In this document: positions 14,361-27,274 of the stretch, piece after piece
Numbering within the stretch: position 1 is the stretch's first letter
Layout of the letters: every line of letters starts with the position of its first letter
Source: Octopus vulgaris
Taxonomy: Eukaryota
DNA length: 64,000 nucleotides
Assembly (NCBI GenBank): GCA_951406725.2
Contig: OX597834.1
Span: forward strand, 8,370,001 to 8,434,000
Direction of reading: 5' to 3'
Program-made: the position numbers and the translations under genes
Notes under the pieces: generated by a model
The model's input: only the letters and a program-made list of their open reading frames with translations
The model's database searches: none
What the model was told of the DNA's origin: nothing

Positions 14361-15655
14361 CAGTTCTGTCTGTCTGTCTGTTTGTGACCTTATAACTCGA
14401 ATATTGTTCATCCGATCGGGCTGAAATTTTAAACAGTGATGCATGAGAAATTGGGGCATTCCGTAATTTAAAAAGATTTTCACAAAATAAAAATACTTTC
14501 AAAGTGAAAATCGCTACTGTTGCAATGTTTTTGCCCTGTTTGTTCTGTAATTTAATGCAATCAGTCGCTGATACAGCCGGCAAATACCATTTCGCTAACA
14601 ACAAGGGGAGTACAGTATGACAGTCAGACAAAACCGTCGCTATGCTGTCTCTCTTATGACGTGCAATTCCACTTGAAGTTTTATATCTATTGTGTTAAGA
14701 TTCGTTACCAATCTATTTTCCTTATTGAGAAGAAAGAGTCAAAAGTAACCACCACATGCATTCACCAAACATCTCCACTACTTAGCACCGTCCATGTTAA
14801 CCCTCTTCACCTTTGCATCTGACATGAAAATCTACGAGGAAAGCAAAAAAGAGAAAAAAATAATTGCTATTAAAACGCCAAAAATTTTGGTGTTAAAAAT
14901 CATAATCTTTAGCACTTAGAAACAAATTCGTTCAAATTCGTTCTTCACAAATCCTGTAGCTGTTTTCAGATATGATCCATCCCATTCTTATAAGAATATT
15001 AATCTGTCCAAATTGGTGTGCTAAACACAAATTGTCTTTTATGTAGAGCTTTAAAGTTTTCAAATGAAACAAACGGCATGTGCTGCTCAGGCGGTGAGGT
15101 AACAGTGCTAGCACTACCACCTCCTTCTCAACCTCTTATGGATCTTCTAGAAGGAATTTCAATGGAAACAAAGGATTTTCCGAACAATATCAGCCAATAC
15201 AACTCTGCAAATGACATCGTTTCGTGCATCTAAGAAGATAGTTAAACATGAATTTACGCCGACTTCAAATTTCAAGGGCAAGGCTATCACCTAATTGGTT
15301 CCCTGTTAGCCACAAATGAACAACAAGAGTCCCTCCAAATTTACTTTATGAATAATGTAGGACAACAAATCGAAAGGAGGTGTCAACATTTCAAATGATG
15401 TGTCGTGTTAGAAACAGCGCCGACTGTTGCAAAAGAGAGTATTTCCACTGACAGTGTTTCGGTGCGTTCAAAAACATCAACAGGTTACGGCCTGAAATAT
15501 CTCAAACGGACGCACAGCATATTGCTCAGTCGAATTAGCCCATCTTTTACTTCACAAATATTTTTGTTGTCAATGCTGCACTTTCCCATATCAGCTGTAA
15601 TATATAAAACATAGGCCATTTTAATCTCAAGCAACGCCGAGTATCTCTGATGGTA
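14345..15655 (+). mobile_element. Internally deleted Helitron
   Basis: Contains a RepHel N-terminal fragment; 3' end ctcaagcaacgccgag...ctgatggt is a decayed version of the hairpin+CTAG end of the Helitron at 35893. Confidence 0.75.
15009..15398 (+). pseudogene. Helitron Rep/helicase N-terminal fragment (frameshifted)
   Basis: CLLCRALKFSNETNGMCCSGGEV..PPPSQPLMDLLEG..NNISQYNSA / QMTSF..FTPT / FKFQGQGYHLIGSLL..LQIYF matches the Helitron Zn-finger and YNSAFQMTSF...QGQVYHxIGSLLP...LQIYF motifs. Confidence 0.85.
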
Positions 15656-15681
15656 CATATATATATATATATACATATATA

Positions 15682-15917
15682 TAAAATATTATTAGAGACA
15701 AAACCACATATTTTGCAAAACAAACAAGGAAAGACTTAATCAATACATAAAAGTTTATATTTATTAAACTTTTATGTATTGATTAAGTCTTTCCTTGTTT
15801 GTTTTGCAAAATAGTGGTTTTGTCTCTAATAATATTTTATAATATTTTACTATAAAATTGGATTTAATCCTAAATCTGATTTTTTTTCCCTGTAAATTTG
15901 GATTTATTCCCTAATAT

Positions 15918-15935
<18 letters not shown>
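15682..15935. mobile_element. Foldback (palindromic) Penelope-like fragment in (AT)n
   Basis: ~75-bp inverted arms over 15682-15841; same family as the hammerhead element at 57330-57650. Confidence 0.75.
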
Positions 15936-15979
<44 letters not shown>

Positions 15980-16036
15980 TTATAAGATGTATATTTATAT
16001 CCAATACGCTCATTATATATGTTTACTGAGAGTTTA

Positions 16037-16082
<46 letters not shown>

Positions 16083-16092
<10 letters not shown>

Positions 16093-16300
16093 ATTATGGC
16101 TGCCCCCTCGTTATCAAATATGGCCATTGCACGATGCTTAACTGTTACAGGTGCTGTGATCGAATGTGACGTGTTAGCCCAGCTAAAGATCTACAATGTC
16201 TTTTACAGAATTGGCAACTAAAACCTTTACCAGCAATAGCCGGGTGTAGTTGTAACTGGGCTTCATGTACCTTTGCATGTCGTTTAAGTCCTCCTGCCGA
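16083..16300 (-). mobile_element. RTE-clade LINE 3' end with C-terminal C2H2 zinc finger
   Basis: Minus strand translates SAGGLKRHAKVH...FSCQFCKRHCRSLAGLTRHIRSQHL*, followed by a short 3' UTR (ggccatatttgataacgagggggcagccat) and an (ATA)n-like tail. Confidence 0.7.
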
Positions 16301-16305
16301 ATATG

Positions 16306-16375
<70 letters not shown>

Positions 16376-16595
16376 AATATATATGCATATATACATACAT
16401 ATATGTACATACCTACATATATATGTATATATACACATGTATATATAGGTACAGGACATCAAAAAGAAAAACGTTGAACAAAATGAGTAACCACTACATA
16501 AAAACAAAAACATAAGACGAACTTTTTCTTGAACAACGGAAAAAAACAGAGAAACGAAACATGCAACATAAAGAATGTATATATATATATATATG

Positions 16596-16723
<128 letters not shown>

Positions 16724-17201
16724 GTGTTTGCCTGTGTCTGTATTTCTGGAAACATGCAAATTTCCCCTTGATGTGAATAGTTTCGTTCGTATGAATTTTG
16801 ATGTGTTTTGGCTTGTACGGGAATTGGCCATTGTATGCACGTGATTTTCGCTTCGTGTCACATCACACTTCATATCGCACATCGCCTACTTTTTTTTTTT
16901 ATTTCCTCTTTAAATATTAAATCAAGCATATCACGGTTTACTTTCTCTCGCTTTCTTGAAGCAGCGTGATATATTTTAACACCCCTAACTTCTTTTCTTA
17001 TGTTAAGTATATATTACACATAATATACAATGGCTTGGGCATGCAATCATTCTTCACCTATATACACGCAAACATAAAATCCCATGTTAGACAAATTCGC
17101 ACAATTCACACATAACAAAACAGTAATGATACAGAAAACTAAGAAAGAGGTGTATATAGAACACAGCCATATGCATGTATGTATGTATGTATGTATGTAT
17201 G

Positions 17202-17279
<78 letters not shown>

Positions 17280-17681
17280 GTACAGACACGCAATGTTCGG
17301 ATATATATGTTTAACATAGAATCATACTTATATCCCTGACTTTCTATGAGTATACATATATGCAAATTTACACGTAGAAATGCTACTCTGTAAACAGACA
17401 CACACGCGCACACACACACACACATACACACATATATATATATATGCATATAGACATATATATATACAAACACATGAATATATATAAATAAATAAACACA
17501 TATATAAACATATATATATATATATACGTATGCATATATATATATATATATATAAACATATATATATATATACACACATATATATATATATATATAAATA
17601 TACACATATAAATATACATATAAAACGCTAACATGCAAACACTTACGCGCACACACATGAATATTTATGCGAGTACCTATT

Positions 17682-17726
<45 letters not shown>

Positions 17727-18378
17727 CGTATTATCATTAGTAATAGTATTTTTGTCATTTTTATTCTTATATACATAATTCATGCATGAATAGTCTTTCC
17801 AATGCACCAACTTAGTCACCCATGGGAAACATTTTTGAAGAAGCGTATTCACATTCGAAAGAACAAATATATGCCCCCGTTTTGACTAACGTAAAGAACT
17901 TTCAGAATTTTCCCACCTACTTCTTTAGGCACCAGAAACACGTTTTCACGCACACATTTCTATATCTTTCCATACGTACAAGTCTATAGACATATACCGA
18001 AGTGTATAATATATGTTTTAGTACAACAGCATACGAATTCTATGTTCATCACGTTGTTCCTTACGTCGTTTTTAAGCACCTACATTCACGTTCACACCTA
18101 CGCCAAGTACCACACGCCCGCTGACGCCAAATACAAATTCTAAGTTTAGGAAAATAAAAATTAAAAAAAAACACTGCAATCATTGTCACAGTCTTCTTCG
18201 CGTTCAGATTTCTGTGCTTAATATTTTATGGAATTTTTATATAGAGAATTATTATATTGTAGATTTGTGGGTAAACATATGTGGGAGAAATTAACGATGC
18301 TCTGATATACATACATGTCTAACATATATATCCTATGTGTCTGTGTATGTGCATAGGTATAAATACATATACTAACAC

Positions 18379-18443
<65 letters not shown>

Positions 18444-18864
18444 ATTGGCATCCTTTCTGTCTCGGGAGACAATGGAGTTGCGCATTTTTTTTTTTCTAGG
18501 TCTAGTCCGGCTGTTATATTTTATTTCCTGATACATTTCCTGCTGTGGCTGTGTAGTCCTATCCTGGACAAACACTCCCTCTGGCAGGTACTGCAAATGT
18601 AGCGAAGACTGTTCCTGGCTGGTTGTAGTGCCATGGTCTCTTGTTTACGTCTCTTCCTTTCTTTCCATTTCTCCTCCATATATATATATATATATATATA
18701 TGACCCTTAGACTTTGCTTTCGTTATTTCTTTCTTCTGTTTTGCATATGTGAATTACAGGGATATGTCGTATGTGGAATCTCATTTGTAGAAAATATAAA
18801 TAAACAATTTTTGACTGCTATTTCTAATTTTTCTGTATGTGGCTAAGCAACCTGTTGCCTGCCT

Positions 18865-18933
<69 letters not shown>

Positions 18934-19701
18934 AAAAAGATGTAGAGAGAGAGGGTAGTACTTTTCCCAGTGTATGACATAGATTCAGTTGTTTTATAAT
19001 ATTTGATATATTCATTTGAAAACGATATAATTAGGTTATTTCAACATTAATACACCACAAATTTCTTGAATCTCTAATTAAAATGGAAAAGAAACACAGG
19101 CGCGATAATGTTAATACGATTCATTAAATGAATATTTTTTTAAGAGAATAATTATTATAGATCTGTGTGAATACGGAATTTAATGTCAAATATTAACGAC
19201 GAATTTCATATCTTGCTCTCGTAAGTCTTCTCAAGTGATTTGGAGTTTAATTAGTTGTCAACGCTGTGATTATATATATATATAGGAAATTGGGAGGTGC
19301 AATAAAGCTAATTAATAGTATCAATAATATCCCTCTATATGTTTTTCTCTGACATACTGTTTTGATTTTGTTATTTTGGAAACGAAGAAATGAAAAATTG
19401 ATCTACTTGACTTTATTTCGTTTCAGTAATAGACCTCTATATATTTACAAGCTTTTATTTACATCTTTTTACTTTTCATATCAGCAAGTCATGGCAGTGT
19501 TGCAATTCCTTTGCAACAGTCTATATTTCTCGTTTTCTAAAATGATCTAGAGTTTAGCAATTCTAACTATGTTAACATCCTGTAGAAATTGTAAAGGTTG
19601 CAGGAATTTGGAGGATAGCGGACAATATTGCAATAATGATTAAAATACTTTATGTAAGTAATTTTGAATAAAAATTATCATAAAGCAAACAGAAGCAAAT
19701 T

Positions 19702-19857
19702 GTGGCTGTGTGGTAAGTAGCTTGCTTACCAACCACATGGTTCCGGGTTCATTCCCACTGCGTGGCATCTTGGGCAAGTGTCTTCTACTATAGCCTCGAG
19801 CCGACCAAAGCTCTGTGAGTGGATTTGGTAGACGGAAACTGAAAGAAGCTCGTCGTA

Positions 19858-19935
<78 letters not shown>

Positions 19936-20149
19936 ATGTTTGTGTGTCTGTGTTTGTCCCCCTAGCATTGTTTGACAACCGATGCTGGTGTGTTTATGTC
20001 CCCGTCACCTAGCGGTTCGGCAAAAGAGACCGATAGAATAAGTACTGGGCTTACAAAGAATAAGTCCCGGGGTCGAGTTGCTCGACTAAAGGCGGTGCTC
20101 CAGCATGGTCGCAGTGAACTGACTGAAACAAGTAAAAGAGTAAAGAGAG
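19702..20149 (+). mobile_element. SINE family A
   Basis: Full body with internal (AT)n(GT)n and GTAAAAGAG tail. Confidence 0.9.
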
Positions 20150-20636
20150 AACAGAACCTTGCGGTATGTTTCCTACAGACCTTTTATTAGTAGAGCAACG
20201 AACGAGAAGAAATATAATTCTTTATAGAATCAATTATTCAGTTTTTTCTGTTAGATGTTTTAATTACCATTGGTATAGCTGTCACGTTTTTATACACGAG
20301 ATAGAATGACAAAAATCGAACGAAGTGCCTCTAGTTAGTTAGTTTTTTACATTTATGTTCAAAATTCGAATCTGGATTGTTTCTACCTACACATGATTAA
20401 TCCACGGTCGTTATTGTAAAGTACTATTCTATTCATGGTTGCAAAATTTAACAGCTTCCATTTCTCTGTTTTGCTTCATCGTTATTGACTTTATATTTCT
20501 TTTTATATAGAGATCTTTTTTTTTTGTTACATAAAGGAGTGCAAAGTACAATTTCCTGTAACTCAGACCTCTCCATAGTCAAAATGGAAAAGGCAGTTCC
20601 CCGGAGAAGGGTGAGGAATATGCGCTTGAACAGTCT

Positions 20637-21140
20637 CTCTGATTCACGGAGGCCAAGAATGCTGGATCAATCACTCTGGTTCAAGGGGGCCAAGAATGCT
20701 GGATCAATCACTCTGATTCACGGGGGTCAAGAGTGCTGGATCAATCAATCTGATTCACGGGGGTCAAGAATGCTGGATCCATCACTCTGATTCACGGGGG
20801 TCAAGAATGCTGGATCAATCACTCTGATTCACGGGAGTCAAGAATGCGGGATCCATCACTCTGATTCTCGGGGGTCAAGAATGCTGGATCCATCACTCTG
20901 ATTCACGGGGGTCAAGAATGCTGGATCAATCACTCTGATTCACGGGGGTCAAGAATGCTGGATCAATCACTCTGATTCACGGGGCTCAATAATGCTGGAT
21001 CCATCACTCTGATTCACGGGGGTCAAGAATGCTGGATCCATCACTCTGATTCACGGGGGTCAAGAATGCTGGATCAATCACTCTGAATCACGGGGGTCAA
21101 GAATGCTGGATCAATCACTCTGATTCACGGGGGCCAAGAA
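20637..21140. repeat. 37-bp minisatellite, ~13.6 copies
   Basis: Unit ctctgattcacgggggtcaagaatgctggatc(a/c)atca; exact 37-bp period from 20641 to 21122. Confidence 0.97.
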
Positions 21141-21723
21141 CACCAGTGCTCTCCATTGCCACAAGCTCGATTCTCAACCTGACGAAGGTTCTTTCTTCAG
21201 CCCTTCGAAAGAAAAAAAAGAAAAATACAATACGTCGATTTCCCTAATGTATTATACACGTCTGTGCCACTAAAATATAAATCTATTTCTTTGTTTTATT
21301 TCAATAAAATATTTCGTAATACTGAACTACTGTTCATGATCTTTCTCTTGGTTTCTATGCGGCATTCTGTCACTCGAAAAACAAAAATGACAAATAAAAT
21401 ACCCCTCCTCAGCTACTCTTCGGAGTAATAACCTTTAGGCTCATACAGGAGGAACACGACTGTGTGAAACGATTAGTGTTATTACCTGTGGATTAACACA
21501 CTACGAGTGATGGTGGGTTGGGAAAATTGTCATTCAGGTGTGTCTGGTTAGTGGTGGATGGAACCAACTTTGGGTAGAGATTTCTCGGTTTTGAACGGCA
21601 GATACCGGGAATAATACGTAAACAAATATTTGCATTTGTTCAGGTGAGATGTTGGATTGTACAGGTGCGCGATTTGACGATATTCATTAGCATCAGTAAA
21701 AATATGACGCATATCTATCCATT

Positions 21724-22024
21724 CTATTCTTCTATTGTCGCCTTTTTCAAGCCTAGCCAGACTCAAGGGCCCGGTTTCCCGGTTTCTGTGGCGCATGTGT
21801 TCCCCCCAGCTGGTCGGGACGCCAGTCCATCGCAGCGTTACTCGAGAAACAGGAAGACAGAGTGAGAGAAAGTTGTGGCGAAAGAGTACAACAGGGGTCG
21901 CCACCACCCCCTACCAGATCCTTGTGGAGCATTTTTAGGTGTTTTCTCTCGGTCTGGGAATCGAAACTGCGATCCTCCGTCCGCGAGTCCGCTGTCCTAA
22001 CCACTGGGCCATTGCGCTTCCACT
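21724..22024 (-). mobile_element. SINE family C variant with a different 3' module
   Basis: Same tRNA head and body as C copies but ends in gctgcgatggactggcgtcccgaccag...gaaaccggg; TSD atatcta(t/a)ccatt at 21711-21723 and 22025-22037. Confidence 0.8.
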
Positions 22025-22306
22025 ATATCTAACCATTACTGTAAGATATAAGTATTTCATAAATGGTTAATGCCCATTACTCAGTAAGAAGCATAAGATC
22101 AGTTTTTCTGGGGGGTTTTTCTGCGTCTGGACGTTGAGTAGATTGGGGCAACTTGAATTAAAAGAGCATAATTCATCGCCTGGCCCAGGAATCGAAACCA
22201 CAATATTTCGATCGTGAGTCAAATACTACTAACTACTAAATCACACGCCTTCATACTAACGTTGTCAAACATTCATACTAATGTTTCATACGTATCGCCT
22301 CATGTA

Positions 22307-22525
22307 TGAGGGGATACTTGAGAAGTCCCTGGCTTTGGCTATACCAAGATACGGACAGATCAGTTATTTATGATTTTATTAAACATATTCCCCTCTCAGA
22401 TTCACACACTTATTCAGGCTGCCCTTCAGTTTTTCCCAAGCCATTGGAAGAACTCAGAAGGTTCGGCCTCCGACCAGGCCCTTTAGCGACCCTCTTAAAG
22501 CCAGGACAATTTCAGCACTCGCTCG
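22307..22525. mobile_element. Mariner-type MITE
   Basis: TA|tgaggggatacttgagaagtccctggcttt ... aaagccaggacaatttcagcactcgctcg|TA: imperfect TIRs with TA flanks. Confidence 0.7.
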
Positions 22526-22775
22526 TATATACTAGCGCAAATACCGTACGCTAGAAATAAGTTATGTTATATTTGATTTCTCACTTTGAATGAAGGCAGA
22601 AAACATTCTAGTACAAAGGCGTGAAAGAAACGATAATGAGAGGGAAAGAGGGAGAAGGGATTAAAGAGAAGCAGAGATAGAGGAAAGAGAGAGGGAGAGA
22701 CAGAGAAAAAACAAGCAGAGAGAGAGAGAGAGACGTGTGTGTGTATGTATATATTTATCAATATATCTACTGATA

Positions 22776-22938
22776 CGCAGGAGTGGCTATGTGGTAAGTA
22801 GCTTGTTTACCAACTACATGGTTCCGGGTTCAGTCCCACAGCGTGGCAACTTGGGCAAGTGTCTTCTACTGTAGCCCCGGGCCGACGAAAACCTCGTGAG
22901 TGGATTTGGTAGATGGAAACTGAAAGAAGCCCGTCGTA

Positions 22939-23006
<68 letters not shown>

Positions 23007-23228
23007 TGTGTCTGTGTTTGTTTCATCCAATGTCGCTTGAGAACCGATGCTGGTGTGCTTATGTCCCCGTCACATAGCGGTTCGGCAAAAGAGACCGATA
23101 GAATAAGTACTGGGCTTACAAAGAATAAGTCATGGGATCGAGTTGCTCGATTAAAGGCGGTGCTCCAGCATGGCCGCAAGTAAAAGAGTAAACAAGTAAA
23201 AGAGTAAAAGAGTAAAAGAGAGAAAGAG
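22776..23228 (+). mobile_element. SINE family A
   Basis: Full length with expanded (GTAAAAGA)n tail. Confidence 0.9.
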
Positions 23229-23689
23229 TATATCCCTCTTATCAGCCCCGACATCTATTTTACATATCCCAGGAAAAAGGAAACCCAAGATATCCACAGC
23301 GGGATTTGAACTCAAAACGAAAAAAAAAAAAAATTGTAACTTGAATATTGCAATTTATTTCTCAGAACGTGTGGCCATTCTGTCTTCCCCCAGTATCTTT
23401 GCTGAGGATAAAATAATATTGACTGCACACGTTTATTCATGTAACAGCTGTTACTGATTTGTCTATTCTACCTCCCATCATCATCACTTGACATGTCAGG
23501 TAAAGAAGCTAGAACGCTTTGAAGCCGAACTGTACTTACTTTATAAACTACGCATTGAATAATATTGCCTTGGGTAGAGTTTTGTCAACTATTAAAGTTT
23601 GTATGACGTGCAACGGAAACCAACTCGTCCAGCACAGATATGAAGCTGGACAACAATTCTTACGACAACGATAAAGACAACCATGTCGT

Positions 23690-23822
23690 CTACTAATACT
23701 ACTACTACTACTAATATTACTACTACTACTACTACTACCACTACTACTACCCTCACCACAACCACTACAACTACTACTACTACTACTACTACTACTAATA
23801 ATAATAATAATAATACTATAAT
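23690..23822. repeat. (ACT)n/(AAT)n trinucleotide microsatellite
   Basis: Seen directly. Confidence 0.95.
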
Positions 23823-23839
23823 ACCGTTACAGGTATATT

Positions 23840-24146
23840 GTTTTCTACTCTAGTTACAAGGCCCGAAATTTTTGGGAGGGGAGAGGTGCAGTCGATTAGA
23901 TCGACCCCAGTACGCAACTGGTACTTAATTTATAGACCACGAAAGGTTCTTAATTCATAGACCACGAAATGTACTTAATTTATCGAAGATGAAAGGTACT
24001 TAATTTATCCACCACGAAAGATACTTAATTTATCGACCACGAAAGGCAAAGTCGACCTCGGGCGGAATTTCAACTCAGAAAAATAGAAATGATCAATTGT
24101 ATTCTCTGAAATAATATAAGTCAGAATGTGAAAACAGACGAAATAC
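23840..24146 (-). mobile_element. Older SINE B2 body and tail; host of the Tx1 insertion
   Basis: B2-type tail (gggccttgtaactagagtagaaaa on minus); internal ~25-bp segment amplified ~5 times; ends at the target acagacgaaatac. Confidence 0.75.
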
Positions 24147-25567
24147 CAATTTCTTTATTGCCCACAGGCAAAATCATAACGGATTGAGATCAGTAGTACG
24201 TTATGATTTTACATAAAATATGAATAAAAAAATTATAAAAAATATTAAAAAATCGAATGCAATTAACAATACAGAGACAACAGAAATGTCGTGATTATCG
24301 GGTCACAGTTCCACCCCACAAGTTGCTTTCTTTTATTTACAGTTCCTTGCACGCACAACACTCGTACAACCCGCGTCCATCTCTTTTGGAACATGCTCTC
24401 CGACTGACACCTCTTCTCCAGCCACACCTTCCTTTTTAAATGAAAAGTAAAAAATGATCGTAAATCGTGGCCAGAGATTAAGTTGCCTGTCTTAATCCCT
24501 TTTATCCTAGCATCCCATACTGCCTCTTTCGCTATAGCTGATGGATGGATGGAAGCACTCCGTCGGTTACGACGACGAGGGTTCCGGTTGATCCGAATCA
24601 ACGGAACAGCCTGCTCGTGAAATTAACGTGTAAGTGGCTGAGCACTCCACAGACACGTGTACCCTTAACGTAGTTCTCGGAGATATTCAGCGTGACACAG
24701 AGAGTAACAAGGCCGGCCCTTTGAAATACAGGTACAACAGAAACAGGAAGTAAGAGTGAGAGAAAGTTGTGGTGAAAGAGTACAGCAGGGATCACCACCA
24801 TCCCCTGCCGGAGCCTCGTGGAGCTTTAGGTGTTTTCGCTCAATAAACACTCACAACGCCCGGTCTGGGAATCGAAACTGCGATCATATGACCGCGAGTC
24901 CGCTGCCCTAACCACTGGGCCATTGCGCCTCCTCGCTATTGCTACAACCGTGAGAAAACAATTCTTGAGTCCATTTGTTAAAACATCCGGTGGGTCAATT
25001 TTTATATTTGACTCAGTCAACAGCCGTACTCTTCCTTCGCCGGACAACAGGTTTTCAGCAGAAACCCACATTTCAGATATCTCCAGGGATTGAACTTTCA
25101 CAACACTGTCTTCATTTGTTATCATATCTTTGTACTTTATCAGTTCATTTTTGTTTGTCGACAGCTGGCGGTTTCCGCCTCCAGCCGCCGACGCAAAACC
25201 TCTTTTTTCTTTGTTTATTTTCTTCTGTTTGAAGTCTTTTCACGTCAATATTTCTCTTTGCAATAGTACACATTGATGGTTGGGGAAATCCACTTTCAGA
25301 AGAATCCGAAATATCGCCAAATATTGAAATTTCAATCTTTTTTTGCCTCCCTGTCGGTTGACGACTCTTCGCCAGACAAAGTTACACTTTTCGGCATCTT
25401 GCCAGAAATTAATGTTTTCCCCCACTGAGGAAAACACACGATAGTTTTCGAACAAAGACTATCACACAAATAATTATAACAGGAAATAACACAAAAACAG
25501 TCAACAGAAACTTGCACTTACTATACAGACACACTCCAATAATAATTACCACTAAATCCAAACTCAC
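24147..25567 (-). mobile_element. Internally deleted Tx1/L1-clade non-LTR retrotransposon with 13-bp TSD, interrupted by SINE C
   Basis: ORF2 C-terminus ISEMWVSAENLLSGEGRVRL...FLTVVAIA|AIAKEAVWDARIKG...FFTFHLKRKVWLE...FQKRW is continuous across the SINE; TSD acagacgaaatac at 24134-24146 and 25568-25580; 3' end tgtgggcaataaagaaat. Confidence 0.72.
24540..24932 (-). mobile_element. tRNA-derived SINE family C
   Basis: Head GGAGGCGCAATGGCCCAGTGGTTAGGGCAGCGG...GTTTCGATTCCC; (CATC)n tail; TSD tcgctat(a/t)gct at 24529-24539 and 24933-24943. Confidence 0.9.
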
Positions 25568-25580
25568 ACAGACGAAATAC

Positions 25581-25998
25581 TTATTACTTTACTACCCACA
25601 AGGGGCTAAACACAGAGAGGACAAACAATGACAGACAAACGGATTAAGTCGATTACATCGACCCCAGTGCGTAACTGGTACTTAATTTATCGACCCCGAA
25701 AGAATGAAAGGCAAAGTCGACCTCGGCGGAATATGACCTCACAACGTAATGGCAGATGAAATACCTGTTTCTTTACTACCCACAAGGGGCTAAACACAGA
25801 GAGGACAAACAAAGACAGACAAGCGGATTAAGTCGATTACATCGACCCCAGTGCGTAGCTGGTACTTATTTAATCGACCTCGAAAGAATGAAAGGCAAAG
25901 TCGATCTCGGCAGAATTTGAACTCAGAACGTAAAGGCAGACGAAATACAGCTATGCATTTTGCCCGACCTGCTAACGTTTCTGCCAGCTCGCCGCCTT
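25581..25998 (-). mobile_element. SINE B1 dimer (two units, one head)
   Basis: Units joined at gaaatacc|tgtttctttactaccc; directly abuts the Tx1 TSD. Confidence 0.88.
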
Positions 25999-27083
25999 CG
26001 TTACAGGTATATATTACATGCACTCAGCATGTGCTTACTTACTGAAGGTAAGAACAGCTGGCTCTCATGGCTCATTTCCATTTTCATAACCGACGTGTGT
26101 TGAAACAAAACTTCCAAATGCCACACGGGATATATATCAGGGACAGTAAATTAAATGAAACCCTAGTGACATCTTACCAAGAGAATTTAAAGTGCGTCTA
26201 ACAAGTGATAACCATCTCTCTTTTACGTTTGTTCGGGTTTATTTATAAATACAATGTGTTCGTCAAGAGCATAAAAAAAAATTAGAGCTGTTTCACAAAA
26301 CTTGTCGAATTTTGTAAGATTTCATTTCCCTTTACGTTGTATTTCCAATTACGTTAAATTAATTTAAATGAACAACTTGTCTACTGTACCTTTCTGCACT
26401 AGAATTAATAATCAAGATAATGGGTTTTACTCATTTCTATGAGTGTAAGTTAAATTAATTAAAATTTACTGGCTTCCTACATTAAGAATTTTAACAACTA
26501 TTTCAGTAACTCTCCCATAATAATTCAGTTAAAACTGCAAGAACGCTGATTCATCCATTTGTTACTTTACCGTTTTCAGTATTTAAACTGAAGCCAGGCT
26601 GGGGGCGTGGGGGCTATTTCAACCCAAGTAATTATTTCAAGCTGGGTCAGTCATATCAACCGAAGTAATTCTTATTCATTTTATCGATTTCATTTGAATG
26701 GTTGATCGCTTTTGTTTTTTGCCTGTTTCACTTGAACAGACGTAACTCACTAGACCATACTACATTATCATTATAAACGTGCACAATGCGTATTCATCCA
26801 GGTGGCAAAGAAATAAATTTAGACTGTTAAACGTCGGTTAGACCAATATTTATTGGTCAACAGTAGCCACGTGGAAGCCCGATATTGTTCTATTCTTGCT
26901 TTTGCTGACGTCGAGAAATAATTCTACCTGGCTTGACAGTAGAGTACTGTTATTTTTGAAGGAGGGCAAAACCACTAACTAATCATAGGTTGGATGTACT
27001 TGAGTTAGATTTACAAGTTCTGTTGTAGATTTTGACTATAAGACTGTACTAATTATAAACTTCTGAACGATTATCAGAATCTA

Positions 27084-27245
27084 TAGTGTGGCCCAAAAGT
27101 AGGTTTACAATTAATCAACTATCTCTTTCGCATTCATATATTAACGGTTTACATTTTAATTATAAAAACAAAACAAAAAATGAAACTATTACACAATGCT
27201 AAGTTAGTTAATTATGTCATGCTCCCTTTTCAGTTTATAAGATAG
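27084..27245. mobile_element. Partial Tc1/mariner MITE; empty-site paralog of 52236-52923
   Basis: TIR agtgtggcccaaaagtaggtttaca; the internal sequence matches the reverse complement of the 52.3-52.9 kb element and has a single aattaa. Confidence 0.7.
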
Positions 27246-27274
27246 AAATTGCCCTTGTGGGCAATAAAGGAAGA

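Noticed and set aside
20637-21140. 37-bp repeat as a CRISPR direct repeat or coding repeat
   Set aside because: Units are contiguous with no spacers; 37 is not a multiple of 3 and frames hit stops.
21179-21212. CTGACGA...GAAA hammerhead-like motif
   Set aside because: No NUH triplet or stem I/III partner follows GAAA.
24860-24932. tRNA gene
   Set aside because: It is a tRNA-like SINE head continuous with a SINE body, tail and TSD, with no proper acceptor stem.
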